From IMG/VR virus record IMGVR_UViG_3300025012_000108, positions 1 to 54,907 of that record: a DNA stretch of 54,907 nt, one strand, 5' to 3'. Below, in pieces: positions 1 to 9,889 of the stretch (the stretch's first letter is position 1; every line of letters begins with the position of its first letter). This DNA is from a virus. Taxonomy: Duplodnaviria; Caudoviricetes. The notes beneath the pieces were generated by a model. The model saw only the letters and a list, made by a program, of their open reading frames with translations. It was not told the origin of the DNA and searched no databases. The position numbers and the translations under genes were made by a program.

Positions 1-11
1 CCTATCATGGT

Positions 12-137
12 GCCATTGGCGGCGGCATTGGCACCATGATAGGCATCATTGAGCACCCCGCAGTTGCCCCCCGTTTGGCAATGGCGCTTTACAAGGCCAG
101 CAAAGGCAAAATGACCATGCCGCAGGCTAGGGCATCG
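12..137. repeat. Terminal direct repeat (126 bp), copy 1; assembly overlap of a circular or permuted genome
   Basis: 12-137 is identical to 54782-54907. Confidence 0.95.
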
Positions 138-743
138 GCTAACGAGCGGCTGGACCAGTTGAAGGCTAAATTGAAAGATCAGCGTGGGCTGGTGGGGAAG
201 GATATAGACGCAGCACAAAAAACCAAGAGGGCCAAGTGGGACAATAGCAAAATAATCTTTGACCCCGATTTGCCAGTATCGCAGGGGGGAGCGTTTGACC
301 CTGCTACCGGCAAAATCCGGGTGAACCCAAAAAACCCCAATCTTGACGTAAACGTATCGCATGAAATATATCACCATTGGGCTAACAAAAACCCTAGCGT
401 TGCAAAAGGGGTGCACAGCCGAATATCTGCAATCATAGACGAATCCGCGTCAACCCACCCAATTTCAAAAGATGCAATAGCCGAAGCCAAGGAAATGCTC
501 AAATCTGGCGACCTCAGCAAAAGGGAATATGACAGGTATATAAAACAGCAGGTTGACGACCACAGGGACGCTCTTGGCGCTGGCGACGGTCTTACAATGG
601 CGTCACTTGAGGAAGAGGTGGCGGCGCGTATTCTCTCTGGCGACTTGGAAAGTTTTGACGGGTGGTTTACCCCAGGACAACTCAAGCGGCTGCAATCGAT
701 AGTCACCCCGGCCAAAGGCCATCTAAGCACGTTTAGAAAATAA
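36..743 (+). CDS. C-terminal part of the large ejection/internal virion protein that starts at 53450; contains an HExxH (HEIYH) zincin-like motif
   Basis: In frame with 53450-54907 across the terminal repeat; HEIYH plus a downstream EEEVAA glutamate helix. Confidence 0.75.
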   Translation: MIGIIEHPAVAPRLAMALYKASKGKMTMPQARASANERLDQLKAKLKDQRGLVGKDIDAAQKTKRAKWDNSKIIFDPDLPVSQGGAFDPATGKIRVNPKNPNLDVNVSHEIYHHWANKNPSVAKGVHSRISAIIDESASTHPISKDAIAEAKEMLKSGDLSKREYDRYIKQQVDDHRDALGAGDGLTMASLEEEVAARILSGDLESFDGWFTPGQLKRLQSIVTPAKGHLSTFRK

Positions 744-762
744 CCCAAAAAAGGAGCAACAC

Positions 763-867
763 ATGCCCAAAGCACCGGTAAAAACATCCATGGCGCCTCG
801 TCCCCCCCGTTTCGGCAACATGAGCGGAGGCAAGAAGGGAACCAAAGGCGGCGGCAAGAAGTGCTAA
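763..867 (+). CDS. Small basic Gly/Lys-rich peptide (34 aa, MPKAPVKT...KGGGKKC)
   Basis: AAGGAG RBS before ATG 763; translated by hand, below the ORF-track cutoff. Confidence 0.6.
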   Translation: MPKAPVKTSMAPRPPRFGNMSGGKKGTKGGGKKC

Positions 868-877
868 CCCATGGGGG

Positions 878-921
878 CATCCTTGCCCCCTACTTCAAAC
901 ACTGACCAGGGGGCAAGGATG
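878..921 (+). promoter_or_regulatory. 14-bp perfect hairpin covering the RBS and ATG of the putative holin
   Basis: CATCCTTGCCCCCT (878-891) is the reverse complement of AGGGGGCAAGGATG (908-921). Confidence 0.7.
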
Positions 922-1170
922 CCAAGCGCCGAGATAATCATCTGGACCGCGATATCCGGACTAATAGTTATGATGATAGCCCTGATTGCCTTCCTCATGA
1001 AGTTCGGGCTTGACCGGATATTGACAGAGATTCAGGGCTTGCGATACGACATAAAAACTGAGAACTCGGAACGGGCCAAACTGGAGTTGCGGCAAGAGCG
1101 CATGGAGACACGGTGCAAAGTAATCCACGGCGAGGACCCCATGCCATGCAAAAGTATTCACCCCTCTTAG
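919..1170 (+). CDS. Putative holin-like membrane protein (one TM segment plus coiled coil)
   Basis: Hydrophobic IIIWTAISGLIVMMIALIAFLM followed by a charged coiled-coil tail. Confidence 0.5.
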   Translation: MPSAEIIIWTAISGLIVMMIALIAFLMKFGLDRILTEIQGLRYDIKTENSERAKLELRQERMETRCKVIHGEDPMPCKSIHPS

Positions 1171-1178
1171 GAGCCATC

Positions 1179-3221
1179 ATGAAACGTTTTCTATCCCTCA
1201 TCCTCATAGCCTTTGCTCTCACAGCTTGCGGGTGTCCTGAACCGGCGCAGGCGGCGACGAACGCGCAGAGCATCACGTTCCTGCTCTCCCAGGTACGCAA
1301 CAGCTCCGGAGCACTGGCAGGGGGGAAAGTCTATTTCTACGCCGCAGGGACTAGCACCCCGAAAACCGTATGGCTCAACAGGGCAAAGACCACTGTTGCG
1401 GCCAACCCTTACACGTTAAGCAGCAACGCCACCGCACAACTTTTTGGTGAAGGGCTGTACCGCGTGGTCATTAAGACGGCGGCGGGGGTTACCATCCCCG
1501 GCGGCGACATGGATAACCTGTCGTTCAAAGACGTGATAGACCCCCTAGAGGCCGACGTTGCCACCTACGGCACCCTTTCCGCAGCGGTTGCGGCTATCGG
1601 CTCGGTTACGCCTACCACGCTGAAGTACGCCACGGACCAGAGCGTTACCACTTTGACCGTCACCGACAACATCCACCTTGTCGGGGTCAACGATGCAGCT
1701 ATCAGTTTTAGCGGCACCCTTACCATCAACGGGCCTGTTACTAGCCTGAAAACGGCGGGGGCTGGCGCTCTGGTTCTCAACGGCGCAGTGAACGGAGAAC
1801 CCAAGTTTCGGCATAGCGGTGGTACCTCGGGGATATCCTACGCGGAGCCTGACTGGTGGGATGTGGACGGCGTGCAGGACCAGGTGCAATGGGAGGCCGC
1901 TATTGCCGCGCTCAACGTGGGTGGTGTGCTGCGTTCCAGACCCAAGACCTACATTATCGATGACGAAATATCCGTTAACCGGGGCATCATCATTGAGCAT
2001 TACGGCACGATCAAAATAAAGGACAACTCAGCGGCGGGGATAGGCACCGCCCATACTATGGTTGAAATCAGCGCCGACGACGTGACCTTTACCGGTGGCA
2101 AGGTTGACGGTAACATGGCTAATCAGTCGTGGGTGTGGTCATCTGTCGCCAACTACGGCATCTCCACCAGCGGCAAAAACACCATTGTCAAAGACGTGGA
2201 AATCTACGGGGTGACCGGTAACGGGTGCGGTGCGGTGACAGGGGGCGACTACAGCACGTGGCAGAATGTTACATCTCACGGCAACGGGAAAAAGGGGCTT
2301 CATTCTGCCGCCGTAGTCGGGACGCGCGTCATTGGTGGCAGGTACTACGACAACGAGCACGACAGCGGTATAGGGTTGCACCAAGGGGCTTACAACACTA
2401 CCGTGACCGGGGCAATCTCTTACAATAACGCCACCTACGGCATCCACACGGGAGAGTCGTTTGACATCCCCGGTGCAGCCATCGGCAACATCACCATTTC
2501 CGGGTGCAAGGTTTACGATAACACCGTCACCAACATCTTCATTGCGCGGTTTTGGGACTCAGGTGGGACCGATGAGGCCGCTGTTGACAACAGAACCATC
2601 ATTACCGGCAACCACCTGTATTACACAACTCAGCCCGCTACGGATGTGGCACGGTACAATATCGAGATTTACAGCGCCAAAGGGACCGTGATAGCCAACA
2701 ACATCCTTGGCCGGGGCGGTGTCAACAACTACAACGGCATCAACACCGACATAAGCACAAACCAGTTTTACGCCGACTACACCAACACCAACCCGTACCA
2801 GATTCGCCTCAGCGGCCTTGCTGTGACCGGCTCCCATGCCAGCCACTTGATTACCTACGGGACCAAGATTCGCAACAACACATTTGAACTGTCCAACGTC
2901 ACCAACGCCATTTACGCTTCCGAAACCTTGGCAACGGAGATCAGAAACAACACCTTCCGCGTCATCACCGGAGGTACTTACGAAATCCGGATAAACGATG
3001 CTACCAGCATCGCCAATACCATCATTGACCAGCCAAGCGGCAGGGTGCGCCTCGGGGCCACCGTCTACACCACCGGTTACATCACCAGCCGGGATGTGGC
3101 TGTAGGTGCGCCTACCTCAACCCCCGCGCAGATCGGTTACGAGTATCTGAACAGTTCCACCGGAAAGTGGTACAAAGCGACATGCACCACGTCTAGCGCC
3201 TGTTGGGCAATCCTGAACTAA
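1179..3221 (+). CDS. Tailspike with head/particle-binding N-domain and right-handed beta-helix (pectin-lyase-like); lipoprotein-like signal at the N-terminus
   Basis: GGKVYFYAAGTSTPKTVW...NPYTL head-binding signature; Asn/Gly/Thr beta-helix repeats; TAGGAG RBS before ATG 1179. Confidence 0.8.
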   Translation: MKRFLSLILIAFALTACGCPEPAQAATNAQSITFLLSQVRNSSGALAGGKVYFYAAGTSTPKTVWLNRAKTTVAANPYTLSSNATAQLFGEGLYRVVIKTAAGVTIPGGDMDNLSFKDVIDPLEADVATYGTLSAAVAAIGSVTPTTLKYATDQSVTTLTVTDNIHLVGVNDAAISFSGTLTINGPVTSLKTAGAGALVLNGAVNGEPKFRHSGGTSGISYAEPDWWDVDGVQDQVQWEAAIAALNVGGVLRSRPKTYIIDDEISVNRGIIIEHYGTIKIKDNSAAGIGTAHTMVEISADDVTFTGGKVDGNMANQSWVWSSVANYGISTSGKNTIVKDVEIYGVTGNGCGAVTGGDYSTWQNVTSHGNGKKGLHSAAVVGTRVIGGRYYDNEHDSGIGLHQGAYNTTVTGAISYNNATYGIHTGESFDIPGAAIGNITISGCKVYDNTVTNIFIARFWDSGGTDEAAVDNRTIITGNHLYYTTQPATDVARYNIEIYSAKGTVIANNILGRGGVNNYNGINTDISTNQFYADYTNTNPYQIRLSGLAVTGSHASHLITYGTKIRNNTFELSNVTNAIYASETLATEIRNNTFRVITGGTYEIRINDATSIANTIIDQPSGRVRLGATVYTTGYITSRDVAVGAPTSTPAQIGYEYLNSSTGKWYKATCTTSSACWAILN

Positions 3222-3263
3222 TCCCTTAACCGTTTGTCGGAGAACACCGGCCACGGAGGACAC

Positions 3264-6200
3264 ATGAAACGTTTCTGTATCTATGCCGCACTTGTCTTGT
3301 TTGTCGCTTTCCTCACCGCCCAAATGATCTACGGAGCGGCGACTCCCATTGTGCCTATCGCCACCGCCACCCGCGCAGGCATCGTCAAAGGTGGAGGAGT
3401 AGGCATCGAGATTGAGGCAGACGGCACTATCAACGCTACAGGGGAAACTACGGCGGGGATATCGCCGGAAGTCTTTGCAGCGTATACCGGAGTAGGCGGG
3501 GGACGCGTTACTCAGGCGCAGCTTTCCAGCGCGGTAGGCCCAGCGGGGCAAGACGGCGCGGCAGCGACTATCGCAATTGGTACCACCACAACGGGCGCGG
3601 CGGGGAGTTCGGCGAACGTTAACAACACCGGAACCACCAATGCTGCGATACTTAACTTCACCATTCCCCGAGGCGCGACCGGTGCCACAGGCGCAACCGG
3701 TCCTCAAGGGCCGACCGGTGCCACAGGGCCACAGGGCACCGCTGGCGGCTCGATGGCATGGCGTGGTGTGTGGGAGGAGTTGGTTGAATACTACGCCAAC
3801 GACGCCGTATCCTACGGCACCCCTGCATCAACCTACATCGCTATTGAAACATCTACCGGTGCCGCTCCGGACTCAAGCCCCACATATTGGAGCCTCAGCG
3901 CGGAGCATGGGGCAACTGGGGCAACTGGTGCAACAGGGTCTGAAGGGCCGCAGGGGCCGCAAGGATTTCAAGGCTACTCCGGGGCGCAGGGACCACAAGG
4001 GCCACAAGGTGAGACCGGCGCGACCGGCGCGGCCGGGCCAGCGGGTTTGGACGGGGGCACTCTCGTGTTCAAGGGGGCGTGGAGCGCATTTGTCAACTAC
4101 TCCACCCTTGACTCCGTGACCTACAACGGGTCTAGCTTTGCGGCTAAGTTGCCATCCCTCAACCTCCCCCCGTGGATACCGCCAGCTAGCCCGACCACGC
4201 CGCAGAATGACACATGGCAGATGCAAGCGCAGCGTGGGTCTGATGGTTCGACCGGGGCGACGGGGGCCACCGGGGCGACGGGACCAGCAGGGACGACAGA
4301 CCATGTTGCTTTATCCAATCTCGATTACGAGGGCAGTGGGCACACGGGGTTTGAACCCGCCGACGCCACCATCATCAAATCTGGCGAGCTCTCTGCCGAG
4401 ACCGACGACCCCGCGACAGACGTGGCGGCTAGCGTTGCCGGGGTCAAAGCGGTGCAGGACGCGGTGGACGGGCTGGCCGTTAGCCCGACAAAATACATGG
4501 ACGGGCAGAGCGGCAGGAACACGCTGGCGGCATGGGTAGCCGACCCTACAATTGATGTGACCGCCGCGCTGCAAGCCGCACTGAACAGCGCTAAAAGGGT
4601 AGTTCTGGACAACTCGAAGAAATACGTGATTGAGTCAGCAGACCTGACTATCCCCAACTATGCCGCGCTGGTCGGCGGCTATGAGCACGTATCCAATTCT
4701 AGTAAGAACTTCACAACAATTGGCTCGGCGCTCTACCTGAAGAACGGCAAGCGCATCATTATGAAAAACGGGGCACAGTTGAAGGGCGTACTGGTGCTGC
4801 GAGGCGACATCGCCGGGCTGATTAACAATGGAGATACTGATTTTGCCGGAACTGCGATTGTGTCAGACCACGCAGACAATTACATAGGATACAACGCAAT
4901 CATAGGGTTTGAGTACGGTATTTGGAACGACGGCTTGCAGGGTGGTGAGCCGTACAACCGGCCCAGAGCCACCATCGAAAACAACATCATCGACTGCAAA
5001 AACGGGATTGTGCTCGCGGACAGCGGCGATACCGCCCGGATCAAAGGGAACCACATCTGGCCGTTTACCAGCAATGTGTCCAACGGATACGCCTACCACA
5101 TGCGGAGCGGGTACGGGATCAGGCTCTCCAATGTTTATGACTGGGCGCAACTCAGCGACAACGTGGTATACGGATTTGCTGTTGGCTACTCCTTTCACAA
5201 CGTAAACTCTGTGTCCTCATTGCGAGATGGATGCGATGCGCCTAGTTACTCGGAGTTGGCCGGAGCCAGAACAACTATAGGCATGGAGATCACCGGGACC
5301 TCGACAGAGGTTATGCTGGTTGCTCCACAAATAGCCTCGCAAGACCGGGCTATTGTTGTGAACACCTCCCCTGCCGGCAAAACTACAATGATTGATATGC
5401 CCGCTCTATGGGCAAACAACACGAACAACATTCACGTGCTGGGCGGCAACACCGATATATCTGGCGGGGTGATTAGAGGGACGACCATTGAAGGCGCTTT
5501 ACCCAACGGTATAGTTGTTGACAATGCAGCATCGATAGTCAGGTACAGCGGGACCCGGTTTATCAGCCTCCTCAATGAGACGGTCCAGACGGCGGGGGTC
5601 ATAGATTCGGTTCTGTCCTCTGAGTTCAAGTCCCGGCTCGTTGGGGGTGAAGGTCAAGCATACCTCACCGGGGGGGACTCTTCTTCTGACAGTGCCAAAC
5701 TATATCTCGGTAACGGCGCGGACGAATCGGCGTCCCACATAATGTATACCGGCAGTTCGGGCACGCTGAAGGCCGTTGTAGGCTCTAAAGAGGGCTGGCG
5801 CGTCAGCACTGCTGGCACTGGCATAGGAACCGCGTCAATACGTGCAAACCTGCACAGTGTAGGCACCACCATCTTAGGGACCGGAACAGCCGCATTAGCT
5901 GACACGCTCATGGACGACAACGCAGGGCCGCAGATCAATCCTTATCTGGACGCGTCAGGCAATAAACTGAAGTTCAAAGTCATTTATGACGGAACCGCTG
6001 GTGACACCGGGCGCACCGTGCAGACCGGCGAAATACCTCTAGGCCAGACATTCGGCACCGCCGCCTTCACCCCCTCCTCGGATTATGCCCCTGCATCGAT
6101 TGTGGCGACAGCAGAGAGCGCGTTGCAGCCGACTGGCAGCGGAGCGGGGCTGACGGGGATCACGGCGGCACAGGTGGGGGCGGTGGCGACCGTTAATGTG

Positions 6201-8732
6201 GTTGCTACCATGGATGGAACAACGGACGCCTCGGCAATAGTCCAAGCAGCGGTGAACTCGCTATCAGCGACGGGTGGTGTGGTGACCATCCCTGTGGGGA
6301 AAATCAAATTCTCCAACGTGACGCTTCCGGCAGGGGTCGTCCTGCAAGGGACTGGTGGAAAAAGTACAACACTTGACAGGGGTACGTGGGTCTATGTCAC
6401 TGATACGACGGACAATGCCATTAAGATGGGATCTAGCACACAGATAAAAGGATTGAACTTCTGGTATCCAAGCCAGACTAAAACATCATCTACGCTCACC
6501 ACATATCCAGCAACAATTAAAGTCAATAACTATTCTGTCAACATGGACGTACGGGATTGCAACTTCGGTAATGCCTACCACGCCATTGACGCTGAAAACA
6601 CGGCAGCGGCAGCTCACGCATCGCTAACCGTGGCTGATGTCACAGGGTTTCCACTGGCACTCGGTATCACTGATGACAACAGCGTGGACGTGGATCGTTT
6701 TACCAACGTTCACTGGAACCCCGCCGCAATGCCGGGATATTACTCAGGGGATTACAACGACACGTTTCTGGCTGGCGTATCATCAACTGCCGTTGGAATG
6801 AGAGTTAAAAAAGTCGATTGGCCCATCATTACCGGCTATTTTGCCTACGGCTACGCCAAGGGGTTGCAATTTACCAATAATGGCGACAGTTTGGGAGTTG
6901 ACACACCAATCGTCACAGGGGGTGGGCTGGACTCTTGCCGAATCGGGGTTGACATATCAGGCGCTGCAAGGGGTGTCCAGCTCCAAAATGTCCCGGTGAC
7001 TGCCTGGGACTGGAAAGATGCCACTTTTAAAACTGGTGTGGCTGTCAATGCCGATACGACCGGAGATATTTCAGTTGATGGTATGAGCGTTTGGGGTCCG
7101 ACAAGCAAAGCGTTCAATATTGTGAACGCTGGGAAGGTAGTGTTTAACGACCTAAAAATCCGAGATTACGGGGCATACGCAACATCGGCCAACCCGTTTG
7201 GTACTGTCGGGACCGTCACCAGCTTCCGGCTCAACGGCGGGTTTGCAGATGGACTCAGCCGAAATTATGCTAGGGGTCTGGATATTTCCAGCACGGCAGA
7301 CAATGTGGAGATTACCGGATTCACATTCAAAGATATTGGGGCAACACCGCAATACCCGATATCGATAGCTGACGGTGCCGATCGCATTAACATTCACGAC
7401 AACAAATATATCAACGTCGCGGCCATCTCGGATAGCTCCACGACCGCTAATAAATCCATCATCCTCGGCACCGTCACAGCCATAGGCGCAACCCCGAGCG
7501 ACAACAGTATCCCCACGGAAAAAGCTGTCGATGACGCTATCACGGCTGCAGTTCTAGGCGGTGGTTCGATGATTTGGCCTTCAGGTGGTGCCGGTGTACC
7601 TAATTACAATGGCTCCTCTGCTTGGGGTGCATCTTATGGCGCCGCATCACCGATCCCCGCTAATTTTGTCGCGGGGAAAATAGACCAGGCGGCTACAGCT
7701 ACCCAGTCCATAACTTACAGCGATGCACTGACTACCGGCGCTCCTGCTGTATTAACGCTGAAACATGCAACATCTGCAACCGCCGCTAACAACATCGGAA
7801 CCCAAATAGGGTTTTTCTCCCAGAATGCGGCAGGGACACAAATTAATTCAGCGGCGATAATCTCCCGATTACTTGATGCTACCGCGAATACAGGAGATTT
7901 CGAGTTTTATGCTAATGATGGTTCGGGTGTTAAGAAAACAATGCAACTGGATGGCGTAGGGAATCTAACCGTGCTTGGCCCTTCACCTACAATAACTGCT
8001 ACCGGTGCAAACTCAGGGTTAACCTTGAACCACACAGGTCAGGGTACTCTTCGCATGTACAACACCAGTTACGGCACAGATCAAAAATATTTAGAATGGT
8101 TACAGAGCGCTGGCAAGATGGAAATGCGCTTTGTCAATGATGCGTATTCTGCGGCATCAAATATCATGGAGGCGAACAGAAATTCAGGGGCGCACACAGT
8201 TAAAAATGTGTCTTTTCCAGTGGGGGCGGTCTGCATTGGCAGTAATACCTGTGATGGCAATGGCAACCTTAGCGTGAGCGGAACGATTTCATCTGGCTCC
8301 ACTGGCACATTCAGCGAGGCGGTGACAGCCGACAGTTTCTTAGCCACTGGTGCCGGTTTTGGACTCAATCAGGGCAACACTACCGGCAGTGCAATACCTG
8401 GCGGCACAATCGTTTCGCAAAGCGGGACAGTAGACTATGAGATAGCAGTTGCCAGCGCAAATGCCGCTGATAGGGTCGGGATTGTCAAAGACAATATCGC
8501 CACATCGACCGTAGGCCCGGTGATAGTCTCTGGAAATGTCGGGGTACTGCTCAAGAACTCCACGGCATGCACTAGAGGTCAGTATGTCTCGGTGTCATCT
8601 GACACGGCTGGTAGGGCAACGTGCAGTAGCTCCGCACCCGCAGACGCTGCCGCAGTGCTGCGGTTTATCGGGGTAGCGCAGCAATCTGTGAGCAGTGGAA
8701 CTGATGTTAGGGTTGTTACCAGACTGAGATAA
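3264..8732 (+). CDS. Large tail fibre/tailspike with collagen-like repeats, W/Y-rich carbohydrate-binding repeats and two beta-helix domains
   Basis: GATGATGPQG repeats; WRGVW..Y..ND.VSYG repeats; DVTAALQAALN and DASAIVQAAVN beta-helix caps; GGAGG RBS before ATG 3264. Confidence 0.85.
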   Translation: MKRFCIYAALVLFVAFLTAQMIYGAATPIVPIATATRAGIVKGGGVGIEIEADGTINATGETTAGISPEVFAAYTGVGGGRVTQAQLSSAVGPAGQDGAAATIAIGTTTTGAAGSSANVNNTGTTNAAILNFTIPRGATGATGATGPQGPTGATGPQGTAGGSMAWRGVWEELVEYYANDAVSYGTPASTYIAIETSTGAAPDSSPTYWSLSAEHGATGATGATGSEGPQGPQGFQGYSGAQGPQGPQGETGATGAAGPAGLDGGTLVFKGAWSAFVNYSTLDSVTYNGSSFAAKLPSLNLPPWIPPASPTTPQNDTWQMQAQRGSDGSTGATGATGATGPAGTTDHVALSNLDYEGSGHTGFEPADATIIKSGELSAETDDPATDVAASVAGVKAVQDAVDGLAVSPTKYMDGQSGRNTLAAWVADPTIDVTAALQAALNSAKRVVLDNSKKYVIESADLTIPNYAALVGGYEHVSNSSKNFTTIGSALYLKNGKRIIMKNGAQLKGVLVLRGDIAGLINNGDTDFAGTAIVSDHADNYIGYNAIIGFEYGIWNDGLQGGEPYNRPRATIENNIIDCKNGIVLADSGDTARIKGNHIWPFTSNVSNGYAYHMRSGYGIRLSNVYDWAQLSDNVVYGFAVGYSFHNVNSVSSLRDGCDAPSYSELAGARTTIGMEITGTSTEVMLVAPQIASQDRAIVVNTSPAGKTTMIDMPALWANNTNNIHVLGGNTDISGGVIRGTTIEGALPNGIVVDNAASIVRYSGTRFISLLNETVQTAGVIDSVLSSEFKSRLVGGEGQAYLTGGDSSSDSAKLYLGNGADESASHIMYTGSSGTLKAVVGSKEGWRVSTAGTGIGTASIRANLHSVGTTILGTGTAALADTLMDDNAGPQINPYLDASGNKLKFKVIYDGTAGDTGRTVQTGEIPLGQTFGTAAFTPSSDYAPASIVATAESALQPTGSGAGLTGITAAQVGAVATVNVVATMDGTTDASAIVQAAVNSLSATGGVVTIPVGKIKFSNVTLPAGVVLQGTGGKSTTLDRGTWVYVTDTTDNAIKMGSSTQIKGLNFWYPSQTKTSSTLTTYPATIKVNNYSVNMDVRDCNFGNAYHAIDAENTAAAAHASLTVADVTGFPLALGITDDNSVDVDRFTNVHWNPAAMPGYYSGDYNDTFLAGVSSTAVGMRVKKVDWPIITGYFAYGYAKGLQFTNNGDSLGVDTPIVTGGGLDSCRIGVDISGAARGVQLQNVPVTAWDWKDATFKTGVAVNADTTGDISVDGMSVWGPTSKAFNIVNAGKVVFNDLKIRDYGAYATSANPFGTVGTVTSFRLNGGFADGLSRNYARGLDISSTADNVEITGFTFKDIGATPQYPISIADGADRINIHDNKYINVAAISDSSTTANKSIILGTVTAIGATPSDNSIPTEKAVDDAITAAVLGGGSMIWPSGGAGVPNYNGSSAWGASYGAASPIPANFVAGKIDQAATATQSITYSDALTTGAPAVLTLKHATSATAANNIGTQIGFFSQNAAGTQINSAAIISRLLDATANTGDFEFYANDGSGVKKTMQLDGVGNLTVLGPSPTITATGANSGLTLNHTGQGTLRMYNTSYGTDQKYLEWLQSAGKMEMRFVNDAYSAASNIMEANRNSGAHTVKNVSFPVGAVCIGSNTCDGNGNLSVSGTISSGSTGTFSEAVTADSFLATGAGFGLNQGNTTGSAIPGGTIVSQSGTVDYEIAVASANAADRVGIVKDNIATSTVGPVIVSGNVGVLLKNSTACTRGQYVSVSSDTAGRATCSSSAPADAAAVLRFIGVAQQSVSSGTDVRVVTRLR

Positions 8733-8741
8733 GGAGCCACC

Positions 8742-9035
8742 ATGACCAGACTGCTAATCATCTTCACCCTGCTGCTCCCCCTCTCCGTTCACGCCGGGGA
8801 GCTCCGCATAGTGAAATGCACTCAGGGGCTGTATGCGGTGCAGGAGCACACAGCCGTCATAGATTGGAGCGATGGATGGGAGACCCGCAAAATGGTTAAC
8901 GCATGGCGCACCCTTCCCGACGCGTCCGGCTGCTACCCTATGGATGCGGCGCGGCGGATCAGGGATGAAGAGCAGGCATGGAGAAACCGCCCGCCCACGC
9001 CACAGGTGATTGAACCGGTGCAGGTGGTGGAATAA
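8742..9035 (+). CDS. Secreted hypothetical protein
   Basis: Signal peptide MTRLLIIFTLLLPLSVHA; AAGGAG RBS. Confidence 0.65.
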   Translation: MTRLLIIFTLLLPLSVHAGELRIVKCTQGLYAVQEHTAVIDWSDGWETRKMVNAWRTLPDASGCYPMDAARRIRDEEQAWRNRPPTPQVIEPVQVVE

Positions 9036-9047
9036 AGGAGGTAAGAA

Positions 9048-9521
9048 ATGAAAATGAGCGCAAACGGGCTGAAGCTGCTGAAGGATTGGGAAGGGTGCGT
9101 GCTCAAGACATACCTTGATGCCGCAGGGCTGAAAACTATCGGTGTCGGCCACCTTCTCACCGAGACGGAGAAGAAAACCGGCTACATTAACATCGCTGGC
9201 AGCAAGGTGGAGTACGCCCACGGCATCACCATGCAGCAAGCCCTTGACCTTTTAGCCCAAGACGTAACTCCGGCAGAGGAAGCGGTCAACAAGGCCGTGA
9301 CGGTCCCTATCTCACAGAATCAGTTTGATACTCTGGTGTCCTTTGCATTCAACGTGGGGTGCGGCGGGTTTCGATCCTCAACTGCCTTGAAGATGGTGAA
9401 CCAGGGGCGTTACGACGATGTGCCGGGGTGGTTGGCAAAGTGGAACCGGGCGGGCGGGAAAGTTTGTGATGGGTTGATTGTCCGGCGCAGGAACGAGATA
9501 AAACTTTGGGAGACGGCATGA
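9048..9521 (+). CDS. Endolysin, GH24 (T4-lysozyme-like) muramidase
   Basis: EG-x7-D-x5-T catalytic triad (WEGCVLKTYLDAAGLKTIGVGH); SFAFNVG; GL..RR..E. Confidence 0.92.
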   Translation: MKMSANGLKLLKDWEGCVLKTYLDAAGLKTIGVGHLLTETEKKTGYINIAGSKVEYAHGITMQQALDLLAQDVTPAEEAVNKAVTVPISQNQFDTLVSFAFNVGCGGFRSSTALKMVNQGRYDDVPGWLAKWNRAGGKVCDGLIVRRRNEIKLWETA

Positions 9522-9742
9522 AATACCTTGCCCTCCTTCTCGCCCTACTCACCCTCCCCGCTTGCGGCCAGCACCTCGCCGGAACCACCTACCGGGCCAA
9601 TGTCGGCAGACAGGTGACGGAGTTCTGGCAGAGTAACGCGGTGACAACGTGGAACGTGGGGGCTGAGATGAGGTTTGAATCCAACAAATGCGGAGGGTGC
9701 CATGCCGTACTGCCAACAGATAACCGGGAAATGCTCATTTGA
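9518..9742 (+). CDS. Small lipoprotein (spanin-like position)
   Basis: MKYLALLLALLTLPAC lipobox; ATGA overlap with the endolysin. Confidence 0.65.
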   Translation: MKYLALLLALLTLPACGQHLAGTTYRANVGRQVTEFWQSNAVTTWNVGAEMRFESNKCGGCHAVLPTDNREMLI

Positions 9743-9881
9743 GGAAGGCTCAGCGCCGTGCGACGAGCGCACATCATCCGGCTGCGCGTGTATTCCACCT
9801 CGGATTCACTGCCCCATTTTGCGGCAGAACGGCCATTGCGGCCAATCAGCAGAGTGCAAGGGGTGCAACCGGCTCAAATAG
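9702..9881 (+). CDS. Small Cys-rich hypothetical protein
   Basis: GGAGGG RBS; 9 Cys in 59 aa. Confidence 0.5.
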   Translation: MPYCQQITGKCSFEEGSAPCDERTSSGCACIPPRIHCPILRQNGHCGQSAECKGCNRLK

Positions 9882-9889
9882 GAGGCGTC

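Noticed and set aside
1-43. 15-bp terminal inverted repeat (1-15 vs 29-43) suggesting a hairpin telomere
   Set aside because: Bases 1-11 disagree with the other copy (54771-54781), the site is mid-gene, and no protelomerase was seen. A fold-back library chimera at the contig end is more likely.
3670-4295. 9-bp periodic repeats resembling a tandem array
   Set aside because: Explained by collagen-like Gly-X-Y coding in the tail fibre.
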